Positions 1 through 9,951 of a stretch of DNA of 64,000 nt are shown piece by piece (the stretch's first letter is position 1; the number at the start of each line of letters is the position of its first letter). The position numbers and the translations under genes are program-made. The stretch is from Escherichia coli (GTDB lineage: Bacteria > Pseudomonadota > Gammaproteobacteria > Enterobacterales > Enterobacteriaceae): assembly GCF_003334305.1 (NCBI RefSeq), contig NZ_QOWS01000007.1. The stretch is one strand, 5' to 3'. Below the pieces are notes generated by a model. The model was not told the origin of the DNA. It made no database searches and saw only the letters and a program-made list of their open reading frames with translations.

Positions 1-148
1 CCCTTTTTTGGGATATACGTCATGTATATACATATTGGCCTGTTATTACTTTCCTGTCAAAGGGAGATAATGCGAAGTATTGTAGCGGGGGTATCGAAGA
101 CATTTAGCCGGAGTACCCTCCGGCTAAATAAACAAGCAACCAGAAAAA

Positions 149-862
149 TCAGTCCAGCTGTACACCCAGGCGGCGGGCGACGGCTTCATAGGCCTCGATC
201 AGGCCACCGAGGCTCTGGCGGAAACGGTCTTTGTCCATTTTCTCCAGTGTTTCTTTGTCCCACAGGCGGCTGCCGTCCGGGGAGAACTCATCGCCCAGTA
301 CCACTTCACCTTTGTACAGACCAAACTCCAGCTTGAAGTCGACCAGAATCAGACCAGCATCATCGAACAGTTTTTTCAGCACGTCGTTCGCTTTGTAGGT
401 CAGCTCTTTCATACGCGCCAGGTTCTCTTTGCTCACCCAGCCAAAGGTTTCGCAGTAAGATTCGTTGACCATCGGATCGTGCATGGCGTCGTTTTTCAGG
501 AACAGATCGAACAGCGGCGGGTTCAGCTCAATACCTTCTTCGATTCCAAGACGTTTCACCAGAGAGCCAGCAGCACGGTTACGCACGACACACTCAACCG
601 GCACCATATCCAGCTTTTTCACCAGACATTCGGTATCGGAGAGCAGACGCTCCATTTGAGTCGGGATACCCGCTTCAGCCAGTTTGCTCATAATGAAGTA
701 GTTGAACTTGTTGTTCACCATACCTTTGCGATCAAACTGCTCAATGCGCGCGCCATCCCCTGCTGACGTATCATTGCGGAATTCGAGCACCAACAGGTCC
801 GGGTTTTCCGTGCTGTATACGGTTTTCGCTTTACCACGATACAACTCAGCTTGCTTTTGCAT
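149..862 (-). CDS. purC: SAICAR synthetase (phosphoribosylaminoimidazole-succinocarboxamide synthase)
   Basis: ORF 149..871 translation recognised as E. coli PurC; start trimmed to the [13 protein letters not shown] methionine (237 aa). Confidence 0.9.
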
Positions 863-914
863 CTTTATCACTCCTGGGTGTGAATTAACGTTTTAAAATC
901 TTTTGCTGTCTGGT

Positions 915-968
<54 letters not shown>

Positions 969-1015
969 CAAACAAATTTCGTGCGAATTACCGCTAAAAT
1001 CGCGTTTTCCTGCCG

Positions 1016-1031
1016 ACGCACACGTTTGCGT
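1016..1031. promoter_or_regulatory. PurR operator-like palindrome upstream of purC
   Basis: acgcacacgtttgcgt matches the PurR box consensus ACGCAAACGTTTGCGT at 15/16 positions. Confidence 0.5.
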
Positions 1032-1039
1032 ATCATATC

Positions 1040-1068
1040 AGAAAAAAGGGCCGGATGATTCCAGCCCT
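1040..1068 (-). terminator. rho-independent terminator downstream of bamC
   Basis: On the minus strand, a GC-rich hairpin (agggctgg/ccggccct) is followed by a T6 run immediately after the bamC stop. Confidence 0.5.
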
Positions 1069-1074
1069 GTATTT

Positions 1075-2109
1075 TTACTTGCTAAACGCAGCCTGGAAGA
1101 CAGCTACCAGCGCGTCGTTCTGACTCTGAGTCAGAGTATGACCTTTCGGATCGATGAACTGTAGGCTGCTGCGGTTATCTAAATCGCCAACCTGCAGTTT
1201 ATAGTCACCGGATGCTAGGCCTGGATCGCTCGCGCCCAGTTCCTGCCAGTCGCTGTCAGACAGCGGCTTATAAGTTACGGCCATGTTGCCCTGCGAACGG
1301 GTGCTGTCGGTCACTTTCATGCCCACTTTTTCCAGCGCCGCTGGCAGACGTTGCCAAACCACATTGAACGGCCCGCGTACGACCAGCATTGGTAAACCGG
1401 TGTCATCAGCTGCACTTTGTACGTCCATAGTGGTGGAGGCACGATTTTGCGCAGCGTTCGCGGCGTCAGTGGCAGATTTATCCAGACCGGCGGAAATAAC
1501 GTTCATCATCTCCGTGCTGTAACGCTGCATGGAAGCCGCGTCTGCAACCGGTTTGCCCGCCTGTTCCAGGTTCAGCAGTTTAACCGTAACCGCCTGCTGA
1601 TAACCCTGCGGCTTAACAGAGATTTGATAACGACCACGATACTGCTCGTCTTCGTCCAGACGGTTCCATTGTACCCAATCGGTGGTCAGTGTCTGACCAG
1701 CATCATCACGTTGGGTGATGGTGTAGTTTTTCGCCTGCAGCACGCTAACCACCTGCGGCCACAGAGTATTGCCACGACCATTTTCCACCAGCAATGAAGC
1801 GGTATCGCCCGTGAACTGGGTACGCGCGCCAGAAACCAGTGCCAGCGGCTGGGCTGGTGGACGAATGTCCAGCGCCTTACCGACAGCACCACTACCGTTG
1901 GTCACCGGGATTGCATAATCACCGGAGGTCACCGGCAAAATCATTCCAGCCGGGGCATGAAGCTCCGCAAGCGGTGCCGCTTCCAGGTAGGCTTCATCAC
2001 CACTGACCTGACGCTTATAGCGTGAGTCAGAACTACAGGCAGCGAGTAATAAAACAAGCGAAACACCCGCAACCTTTGCCAGGCGCGACTTTTGAACAGA
2101 GTAAGCCAT
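1075..2109 (-). CDS. bamC: outer membrane protein assembly lipoprotein BamC (NlpB)
   Basis: ORF 1075..2112; signal peptide with lipobox LLLAAC|SSD; start set at second Met ([12 protein letters not shown]), 344 aa. Confidence 0.9.
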
Positions 2110-2125
2110 CAAATCTCCCTAAACT

Positions 2126-3004
2126 TTACAGCAAACCGGCATGCTTAAGCGCCGCTCTGACCGTCTCACGACCACTGTCGGTGATTGGTGTCATTGGCAG
2201 GCGCAGCGTATCGGTCGCCACAAGACCCAGTTCCTTACATGCCCATTTCACCGGGATTGGATTGGGTTCGACAAATAGTTTGTTGTGTAATGGCATCAGA
2301 CGCTGATTAATAACGCGTGCCTCGGCAAAATGCCCTTCTGCTGCCAGTTTGCACATCTGGGCCATATCACGCGCTGCGACGTTAGCCGTAACGGAAATAA
2401 CCCCATGACCGCCCAATTGCATGAAGTCCAGCGCGCTCGCATCATCGCCGCTCAGCAGAACAAAATCATCTGAAACCAGCTCTTTGATCTGGTTTACACG
2501 CGTTAAGTTCCCTGTTGCCTCTTTGATTCCGATAATATTTTTTACTTTCGCCAGACGGCCCACCGTTTCCGGGAGCAGATCGCAGCCAGTACGGGACGGC
2601 ACATTATACAGAATTTGCGGCAGGTCAGTATGCTCAGCGATGGCTTTGAAATGCTGATACAAACCTTCTTGCGACGGACGATTGTAGTAAGGGGTTACCG
2701 TCAGGCAGCCGACGATACCACTGTCATTGAAGCGCTGCGTCAGGCTAATGGCTTCCGCAGTAGCGTTAGCGCCGGTCCCGGCAATTACCGGAATGCGCCC
2801 ATCAGCCAGCTCCAGCGTCATCATCACCACATCAGCATGTTCGTCATGATTTAAGGTAGCGGACTCGCCAGTGGTGCCAACAGAAACGATCGCCGAAGTA
2901 CCGCTGGCGACATGATAATCAATCAGTTTTTTCAAGCTAGCCCGACAGACATTACCTTTTTCATCCATCGGAGTAACAATCGCGACAATACTTCCCGTGA
3001 ACAT
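2126..3004 (-). CDS. dapA: 4-hydroxy-tetrahydrodipicolinate synthase
   Basis: ORF 2126..3022 recognised as DapA; start trimmed to [17 protein letters not shown] (292 aa). Confidence 0.93.
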   Translation of the reverse strand: MFTGSIVAIVTPMDEKGNVCRASLKKLIDYHVASGTSAIVSVGTTGESATLNHDEHADVVMMTLELADGRIPVIAGTGANATAEAISLTQRFNDSGIVGCLTVTPYYNRPSQEGLYQHFKAIAEHTDLPQILYNVPSRTGCDLLPETVGRLAKVKNIIGIKEATGNLTRVNQIKELVSDDFVLLSGDDASALDFMQLGGHGVISVTANVAARDMAQMCKLAAEGHFAEARVINQRLMPLHNKLFVEPNPIPVKWACKELGLVATDTLRLPMTPITDSGRETVRAALKHAGLL

Positions 3005-3149
3005 GGGCCATCCTCTGTGCAAACAAGTGTCTCAATGGTACGTTTGGTATGGCATTAAAAGCAAGCAGACAGAACCGTTCTGATTGTTGTATGCATGTTT
3101 TTTTTATGCTTTCCTTAAGAACAACTCACCCCTTAAAGGAATAACCAGT

Positions 3150-3722
3150 TTGACACTGTCATCGCAACATTATCTGGTGATCACTGCGTTGGGTGCCGAT
3201 CGCCCTGGAATTGTGAACACCATCACCCGTCATGTCAGTAGTTGCGGCTGTAATATTGAAGACAGTCGCCTGGCGATGCTGGGAGAAGAGTTCACGTTTA
3301 TTATGCTGCTTTCCGGTTCATGGAATGCCATTACTCTGATTGAATCAACGTTACCGTTGAAAGGTGCCGAACTGGATCTTTTAATCGTGATGAAGCGCAC
3401 GACGGCGCGTCCGCGTCCGCCAATGCCAGCATCTGTCTGGGTTCAGGTCGATGTGGCAGACTCCCCGCATTTAATTGAACGCTTCACAGCACTTTTCGAC
3501 GCGCATCATATGAACATTGCGGAGCTGGTGTCGCGCACGCAACCTGCTGAAAATGAACGGGCTGCGCAGTTGCATATTCAGATAACCGCCCACAGCCCCG
3601 CATCTGCGGACGCAGCAAATATTGAGCAAGCGTTCAAAGCCCTATGTACAGAACTCAATGCACAAGGCAGTATTAACGTCGTCAATTATTCCCAACATGA
3701 TGAACAGGATGGAGTTAAGTAA
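3150..3722 (+). CDS. gcvR: glycine cleavage system transcriptional repressor (ACT-domain protein)
   Basis: ORF 3084..3722 contains the GcvR sequence; likely TTG start at 3150 giving about 190 aa (MTLSSQHYLVITALGADRPGIV...). Confidence 0.8.
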   Translation: MTLSSQHYLVITALGADRPGIVNTITRHVSSCGCNIEDSRLAMLGEEFTFIMLLSGSWNAITLIESTLPLKGAELDLLIVMKRTTARPRPPMPASVWVQVDVADSPHLIERFTALFDAHHMNIAELVSRTQPAENERAAQLHIQITAHSPASADAANIEQAFKALCTELNAQGSINVVNYSQHDEQDGVK

Positions 3723-4192
3723 TGAATCCACTGAAAGCCGGTGATATCGCACCGAAATTTAGCTTGCCGGATCAAGACGGAGAACAAGTTAATTTGACCG
3801 ACTTCCAGGGACAGCGTGTTCTGGTTTATTTCTACCCGAAAGCCATGACCCCCGGCTGTACCGTACAGGCCTGCGGCTTACGCGATAACATGGATGAGTT
3901 GAAAAAAGCGGGCGTTGATGTGCTGGGTATCAGCACCGATAAACCCGAAAAACTCTCCCGTTTTGCGGAAAAAGAGCTGCTTAACTTTACGCTCCTGTCT
4001 GATGAGGACCACCAGGTGTGCGAACAATTCGGCGTCTGGGGTGAAAAGTCCTTCATGGGCAAAACCTACGATGGCATTCATCGCATCAGCTTCCTGATTG
4101 ACGCTGATGGCAAAATCGAACATGTCTTTGACGATTTCAAAACCAGCAATCACCACGACGTTGTGCTGAACTGGCTGAAAGAACACGCCTGA
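3722..4192 (+). CDS. bcp: thiol peroxidase / peroxiredoxin Bcp
   Basis: 156-aa ORF with peroxiredoxin PGCT motif; ATG shares one nt with the gcvR stop (TAATG). Confidence 0.92.
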   Translation: MNPLKAGDIAPKFSLPDQDGEQVNLTDFQGQRVLVYFYPKAMTPGCTVQACGLRDNMDELKKAGVDVLGISTDKPEKLSRFAEKELLNFTLLSDEDHQVCEQFGVWGEKSFMGKTYDGIHRISFLIDADGKIEHVFDDFKTSNHHDVVLNWLKEHA

Positions 4193-4387
4193 TTACTTTG
4201 CTCCATTCCGTGCTGGCTGCGCTTGCGGCCAGCATACCTCACTTCTCGTGATCAAGATCACATTCTCGCTTTCCCCTGCGACACGGGTGTCGAATCCATT
4301 TTTTGCTGAACGTTAATGACCATCATTTTTGTACCGTTCAGAATCCAGTCAATACATAACTTATTGAATATATTGAGTTAATCAGAA

Positions 4388-4403
4388 TGGCATCCTTTAT
4401 GCA
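4388..4403 (+). promoter_or_regulatory. sigma-54 (-24/-12) promoter of the hyf operon
   Basis: TGGCAT-N5-TATGCA with GG and GC 12 nt apart, matching the TGGCAC-N5-TTGCA consensus, about 40 nt upstream of the hyfA ATG. Confidence 0.55.
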
Positions 4404-4444
4404 ATATGAAATGCAATGTTTCATATCATTTTCAAGGAGCCGAC

Positions 4445-5062
4445 ATGAACCGCTTTGTGGTGGCCGAACCACTGTGGTGTACAGGATGTAATACCTGTCT
4501 CGCTGCCTGTTCGGACGTGCATAAAACGCAAGGTTTACAGCAACACCCGCGCCTGGCCCTGGCGAAGACGTCAACACTCACTGCCCCTGTCGTGTGTCAT
4601 CACTGTGAGGAAGCCCCTTGCCTGCAGGTCTGCCCGGTTAATGCCATCTCCCAGAGGGATGATGCGATCCAACTCAACGAAAGCCTCTGTATTGGCTGCA
4701 AGCTTTGCGCCGTGGTCTGCCCATTTGGCGCAATCAGCGCTTCAGGAAGCCGTCCGGTGAATGCCCCTGCGCAATATGTTTTTCAGGCTGAAGGCTCACT
4801 CAAAGACGGCGAAGAAAACGTGCCGCCCCAACATGCATTGCTGCGCTGGGAACCGGGTGTCCAGACCGTCGCGGTGAAATGCGACCTGTGTGATTTCTTG
4901 CCAGAAGGTCCGGCCTGCGTTCGCGCTTGCCCGAATCAGGCGTTACGGCTGATCACCGACGATAGCCTGCAACGACAGATGAAAGAAAAACAGCGCCTTG
5001 CCGCAAGCTGGTTTGCCAATGGCGGGGAGGATCCCCTTTCCCTCACTCAGGAGCAACGCTAA
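4445..5062 (+). CDS. hyfA: hydrogenase-4 component A, 4Fe-4S ferredoxin-type subunit
   Basis: ORF 4406..5062; start at MNRFVVAEPLW after an AAGGAG RBS; multiple CxxCxxCxxxCP ferredoxin motifs; 205 aa. Confidence 0.9.
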   Translation: MNRFVVAEPLWCTGCNTCLAACSDVHKTQGLQQHPRLALAKTSTLTAPVVCHHCEEAPCLQVCPVNAISQRDDAIQLNESLCIGCKLCAVVCPFGAISASGSRPVNAPAQYVFQAEGSLKDGEENVPPQHALLRWEPGVQTVAVKCDLCDFLPEGPACVRACPNQALRLITDDSLQRQMKEKQRLAASWFANGGEDPLSLTQEQR

Positions 5063-7080
5063 TGGATGCCCTGCAATTATTAACCTGGTCGCTGATCCTC
5101 TATCTGTTTGCCAGTCTGGCTTCGCTGTTTTTACTCGGTCTGGACAGACTGGCTATTAAGCTTTCCGGCATCACATCGCTGGTGGGCGGCGTGATTGGCA
5201 TCATCAGCGGAATTACGCAATTACATGCTGGTGTAACTTTAGTCGCCCGTTTTGCCACCCCTTTTGACTTTGCCGATTTTACCCTGCGAATGGATAGCCT
5301 CTCGGCATTTATGGTGCTGGTTATCTCCTTGCTGGTGGTGGTTTGTTCGCTCTATTCATTGACTTATATGCGCGAATACGAGGGCAAAGGCGCGGCGGCG
5401 ATGGGCTTCTTTATGAATCTTTTCATCGCATCGATGGTTGCCCTGCTGGTGATGGACAACGCTTTTTGGTTCATCGTGCTGTTTGAAATGATGTCGCTGT
5501 CTTCCTGGTTTCTGGTCATTGCCAGGCAGGATAAAACGTCGATCAACGCTGGCATGCTCTACTTTTTTATCGCCCACGCCGGATCGGTGCTGATTATGAT
5601 CGCCTTCTTGCTGATGGGGCGCGAAAGCGGCAGCCTCGATTTTGCCAGTTTCCGCACGCTTTCACTTTCTCCGGGGCTGGCGTCGGCGGTGTTCCTGCTG
5701 GCCTTTTTCGGTTTTGGCGCGAAAGCCGGGATGATGCCGTTGCACAGCTGGTTGCCGCGCGCTCACCCTGCCGCACCATCGCACGCTTCGGCGTTGATGT
5801 CTGGCGTAATGGTCAAAATCGGTATTTTCGGCATCCTGAAAGTAGCGATGGACCTGCTGGCGCAAACGGGTTTGCCGCTGTGGTGGGGCATTCTGGTGAT
5901 GGCGATCGGCGCAATCTCCGCGCTCCTGGGCGTGCTGTATGCGCTGGCGGAACAGGATATCAAACGGCTGCTGGCCTGGAGTACCGTCGAAAACGTCGGC
6001 ATTATTTTGCTGGCAGTCGGTGTGGCGATGGTCGGTCTGTCACTGCACGACCCGCTGCTCACCGTGGTTGGACTGCTCGGCGCACTGTTTCATCTGCTCA
6101 ACCATGCGCTGTTCAAAGGGCTGCTATTTCTCGGCGCGGGCGCGATTATTTCGCGTTTGCATACCCACGACATGGAAAAAATGGGGGCACTGGCGAAACG
6201 GATGCCGTGGACAGCCGCAGCATGCCTGATTGGTTGCCTCGCGATATCAGCCATTCCTCCGCTGAATGGTTTTATCAGCGAATGGTACACCTGGCAGTCG
6301 CTGTTCTCACTAAGTCGTGTGGAAGCCGTAGCGCTACAACTTGCGGGTCCTATTGCTATGGTAATGCTGGCAGTCACTGGTGGGCTGGCAGTAATGTGCT
6401 TCGTAAAAATGTACGGTATTACTTTCTGTGGTGCGCCGCGCAGTACACACGCTGAAGAGGCACAGGAAGTGCCAAATACGATGATCGTCGCCATGCTACT
6501 GCTCGCGGCACTCTGCGTATTAATTGCGCTTAGTGCCAGTTGGCTGGCACCGAAGATAATGCATATTGCCCATGCGTTTACCAATACCCCTCCCGTCACT
6601 GTCGCCAGCGGAATAGCACTTGTACCCGGCACGTTTCATACACAGGTCACCCCCTCATTACTGTTGCTGTTACTACTGGCGATGCCTTTGCTGCCTGGCC
6701 TTTACTGGCTGTGGTGTCGTTCGCGCCGCGCAGCGTTTCGTCGCACAGGAGATGCCTGGGCATGCGGCTACGGCTGGGAAAATGCGATGGCCCCGTCAGG
6801 CAATGGCGTGATGCAGCCGCTGCGTGTGGTCTTCTCTGCGTTATTTCGTCTACGACAACAGCTCGACCCTACGCTGAGGCTAAATAAAGGTTTTGCGCAC
6901 GTCACCGCCAGGGCTCAGAGCACAGAACCCTTCTGGGATGAGCGGGTGATCCGCCCCATCGTGAGCGCCACCCAACGGCTGGCCAAAGAAATACAGCATC
7001 TGCAAAGCGGCGACTTTCGTCTCTATTGCCTGTATGTGGTCGCCGCACTGGTTGTGCTGCTAATCGCTATTGCCGTCTAA
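5062..7080 (+). CDS. hyfB: hydrogenase-4 component B, NuoL/MnhA-like membrane subunit
   Basis: 672-aa polytopic membrane ORF with the antiporter-like motif KRLLAWSTVENVG. Confidence 0.92.
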   Translation: MDALQLLTWSLILYLFASLASLFLLGLDRLAIKLSGITSLVGGVIGIISGITQLHAGVTLVARFATPFDFADFTLRMDSLSAFMVLVISLLVVVCSLYSLTYMREYEGKGAAAMGFFMNLFIASMVALLVMDNAFWFIVLFEMMSLSSWFLVIARQDKTSINAGMLYFFIAHAGSVLIMIAFLLMGRESGSLDFASFRTLSLSPGLASAVFLLAFFGFGAKAGMMPLHSWLPRAHPAAPSHASALMSGVMVKIGIFGILKVAMDLLAQTGLPLWWGILVMAIGAISALLGVLYALAEQDIKRLLAWSTVENVGIILLAVGVAMVGLSLHDPLLTVVGLLGALFHLLNHALFKGLLFLGAGAIISRLHTHDMEKMGALAKRMPWTAAACLIGCLAISAIPPLNGFISEWYTWQSLFSLSRVEAVALQLAGPIAMVMLAVTGGLAVMCFVKMYGITFCGAPRSTHAEEAQEVPNTMIVAMLLLAALCVLIALSASWLAPKIMHIAHAFTNTPPVTVASGIALVPGTFHTQVTPSLLLLLLLAMPLLPGLYWLWCRSRRAAFRRTGDAWACGYGWENAMAPSGNGVMQPLRVVFSALFRLRQQLDPTLRLNKGFAHVTARAQSTEPFWDERVIRPIVSATQRLAKEIQHLQSGDFRLYCLYVVAALVVLLIAIAV

Positions 7081-7090
7081 GGAAATCACC

Positions 7091-8038
7091 ATGAGACAAA
7101 CTCTTTGCGACGGATATCTGGTTATTTTTGCGTTAGCACAGGCCGTGATTCTGCTGATGCTAACCCCACTTTTTACGGGTATTTCCCGGCAGATACGCGC
7201 GCGTATGCACTCCCGCCGCGGGCCGGGGATCTGGCAGGATTATCGCGATATCCACAAACTGTTTAAACGCCAGGAAGTTGCGCCGACATCTTCAGGTCTG
7301 ATGTTCCGCCTGATGCCGTGGGTATTAATCAGCAGCATGCTGGTGCTGGCGATGGCCTTACCACTGTTTATTACCGTTTCCCCTTTTGCGGGCGGCGGCG
7401 ATCTGATCACCCTTATCTATCTTCTTGCCCTGTTTCGTTTTTTCTTTGCTCTTTCCGGGCTGGATACCGGAAGTCCGTTTGCGGGAGTCGGTGCCAGTCG
7501 CGAGTTGACGCTCGGCATTCTGGTCGAACCAATGCTTATTCTCTCACTGCTGGTATTGGCGCTGATAGCAGGTTCCACGCATATCGAGATGATCAGCAAT
7601 ACGCTGGCGATGGGCTGGAACTCGCCGCTAACCACCGTACTGGCGTTACTGGCCTGTGGTTTTGCCTGCTTCATTGAGATGGGAAAAATTCCCTTTGATG
7701 TTGCTGAAGCAGAACAGGAATTACAGGAAGGCCCGCTGACCGAATATTCCGGTGCCGGGCTGGCGCTAGCGAAATGGGGGCTGGGGCTGAAACAGGTCGT
7801 GATGGCATCACTGTTTGTGGCCCTGTTTCTGTCCTTTGGGCGCGCGCAAGAACTTTCTCTCGCCTGCCTGCTGACTTCACTTGTCGTTACGCTGCTCAAG
7901 GTTTTGCTGATTTTTGTACTGGCCTCAATCGCGGAAAACACGCTGGCACGCGGGCGTTTTTTACTCATTCACCATGTGACCTGGCTTGGCTTCAGCCTTG
8001 CTGCGCTTGCATGGGTCTTCTGGTTAACCGGTCTGTAA
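7091..8038 (+). CDS. hyfC: hydrogenase-4 component C, NuoH-like membrane subunit
   Basis: ORF 7070..8038; start set at MRQTLCDGYLVIF after AAGGA (315 aa). Confidence 0.9.
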   Translation: MRQTLCDGYLVIFALAQAVILLMLTPLFTGISRQIRARMHSRRGPGIWQDYRDIHKLFKRQEVAPTSSGLMFRLMPWVLISSMLVLAMALPLFITVSPFAGGGDLITLIYLLALFRFFFALSGLDTGSPFAGVGASRELTLGILVEPMLILSLLVLALIAGSTHIEMISNTLAMGWNSPLTTVLALLACGFACFIEMGKIPFDVAEAEQELQEGPLTEYSGAGLALAKWGLGLKQVVMASLFVALFLSFGRAQELSLACLLTSLVVTLLKVLLIFVLASIAENTLARGRFLLIHHVTWLGFSLAALAWVFWLTGL

Positions 8039-8054
8039 GGAGCACTGACGGAAT

Positions 8055-9285
8055 ATGGAAAATCTTGCTCTGACGACGTTAATGCTGCCTTTTATCGGCG
8101 CACTGGTCGTTTCGTTTTCGCCACAACGTCGGGCCGCCGAATGGGGGTTTTGTTCGCCGCACTGACCACGCTGTGCATGTTGTCGCTGATCTCCGCGTTT
8201 TATCAGGCCGATAAAGTTGCCGTCACGTTGACGTTGGTCAACGTGGGGGATGTGGCATTGTTTGGCCTGGTCATTGATCGCGTGAGTACGCTGATTCTGT
8301 TTGTGGTGGTGTTTCTCGGTTTGCTGGTCACGATCTACTCCACGGGTTATCTGACGGATAAAAATCGCGAACACCCGCATAACGGCACGAATCGTTATTA
8401 CGCATTTTTGCTGGTGTTTATCGGCGCGATGGCGGGACTGGTACTCTCCTCGACGCTGCTCGGTCAGTTGTTGTTTTTTGAAATTACGGGCGGCTGCTCC
8501 TGGGCGTTGATCAGTTATTACCAGAGCGATAAAGCGCAGCGTTCAGCACTAAAAGCGTTGCTTATCACCCATATCGGTTCGTTGGGGTTGTATCTTGCCG
8601 CCGCCACGCTGTTTTTGCAGACCGGAACGTTTGTGCTTAGCGCGATGAGCGAGTTACATGGCGACGCACGTTATCTGGTTTATGGCGGCATCCTGTTTGC
8701 CGCGTGGGGGAAATCGGCCCAGCTACCGATGCAAGCGTGGCTACCGGACGCAATGGAAGCGCCAACACCGATCAGCGCCTATCTCCACGCCGCATCGATG
8801 GTGAAAGTGGGCGGCTGGCACTGGAGGGCAGCATCGCCTACATCGTCAACCACGCGTTCGCTAAAAGCCTGTTTTTCCTTGTAGCAGGTGCGCTGAGTTA
8901 CAGCTGCGGCACGCGCTTATTGCCGCGTCTGCGTGGCGTATTGCACACCCTGCCGTTGCCAGGCGTGGGTTTCTGCGTGGCAGCGCTGGCGATTACCGGT
9001 GTGCCGCCGTTCAACGGCTTCTTCAGTAAATTCCCGCTGTTTGCCGCCGGTTTTGCGTTGTCAGTGGAGTACTGGATCCTGCTGCCCGCCATGATTCTGC
9101 TGATGATTGAATCGGTCGCCAGTTTCGCCTGGTTTATTCGCTGGTTTGGTCGCGTTGTGCCTGGCAAACCGAGCGAGGCCGTCGCCGATGCCGCACCGCT
9201 GCCAGGGTCAATGCGCCTGGTGTTGATTGTACTGATTGTGATGTCGCTGATTTCCAGCGTAATCGCCGCGACCTGGTTGCAGTAA
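8055..9285 (+). pseudogene. hyfD: hydrogenase-4 component D (NuoM/N-like membrane subunit), disrupted by a frameshift and an internal deletion
   Basis: Coding signal is split over three frames: 8055..8165 (MENLALTTLMLPFIGALVVSF..., TGA after a G5 run), 8141..8884, and 8704..9285. The region holding the KRLLAxS(T/S)VEN(V/M)G motif present in HyfB and HyfF is missing. Confidence 0.75.
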
Positions 9286-9296
9286 GGAGATGATGA

Positions 9297-9947
9297 ATGA
9301 CCGGTTCTATGATCGTAAATAATCTGGCGGGACTGATGATGCTGACATCGCTGTTTGTGATTAGCGTCAAAAGCTATCGCCTGTCATGCGGATTTTACGC
9401 CTGCCAGTCGCTGGTGCTGGTGTCTATTTTCGCCACTCTCTCGTGCCTGTTCGCCGCAGAGCAACTGCTGATCTGGTCCGCCAGCGCCTTTATCACCAAA
9501 GTGCTGCTGGTACCGTTAATCATGACTTACGCTGCACGAAATATTCCCCAGAACATCCCGGAAAAAGCGTTATTCGGTCCGGCAATGATGGCACTGCTCG
9601 CGGCGTTAATTGTCCTGCTTTGCGCATTTGTCGTTCAGCCCGTGAAGCTACCGATGGCTACCGGGCTGAAACCGGCGCTGGCGGTAGCGTTAGGTCATTT
9701 TCTGCTTGGCCTGCTGTGCATTGTCAGCCAGCGCAATATCCTGCGGCAAATTTTTGGTTACTGCCTGATGGAAAACGGCTCCCATCTGGTGCTGGCGCTT
9801 CTTGCCTGGCGAGCACCGGAACTGGTGGAAATAGGTATCGCTACCGACGCCATCTTCGCCGTCATTGTGATGGTGTTACTGGCAAGAAAAATATGGCGTA
9901 CCCACGGCACGCTGGACGTGAACAACTTGACCGCGCTGAAGGGATAA
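9297..9947 (+). CDS. hyfE: hydrogenase-4 component E, small membrane subunit
   Basis: 216-aa hydrophobic ORF at the expected position and length. Confidence 0.9.
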   Translation: MTGSMIVNNLAGLMMLTSLFVISVKSYRLSCGFYACQSLVLVSIFATLSCLFAAEQLLIWSASAFITKVLLVPLIMTYAARNIPQNIPEKALFGPAMMALLAALIVLLCAFVVQPVKLPMATGLKPALAVALGHFLLGLLCIVSQRNILRQIFGYCLMENGSHLVLALLAWRAPELVEIGIATDAIFAVIVMVLLARKIWRTHGTLDVNNLTALKG

Positions 9948-9951
9948 TGAG

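Noticed and set aside
22-336. 104-aa plus-strand ORF at the window start
   Set aside because: It overlaps the 3' half of purC on the opposite strand, has an Arg/Gly/Pro-rich low-complexity translation typical of antisense frames, and is not recognisable as a protein. The first 148 nt otherwise show no supportable feature.
4211-4234. Hairpin after bcp as a rho-independent terminator
   Set aside because: The stem (tgctggc...gccagca) is not followed by a T-run, so the call is too weak to report as a feature.
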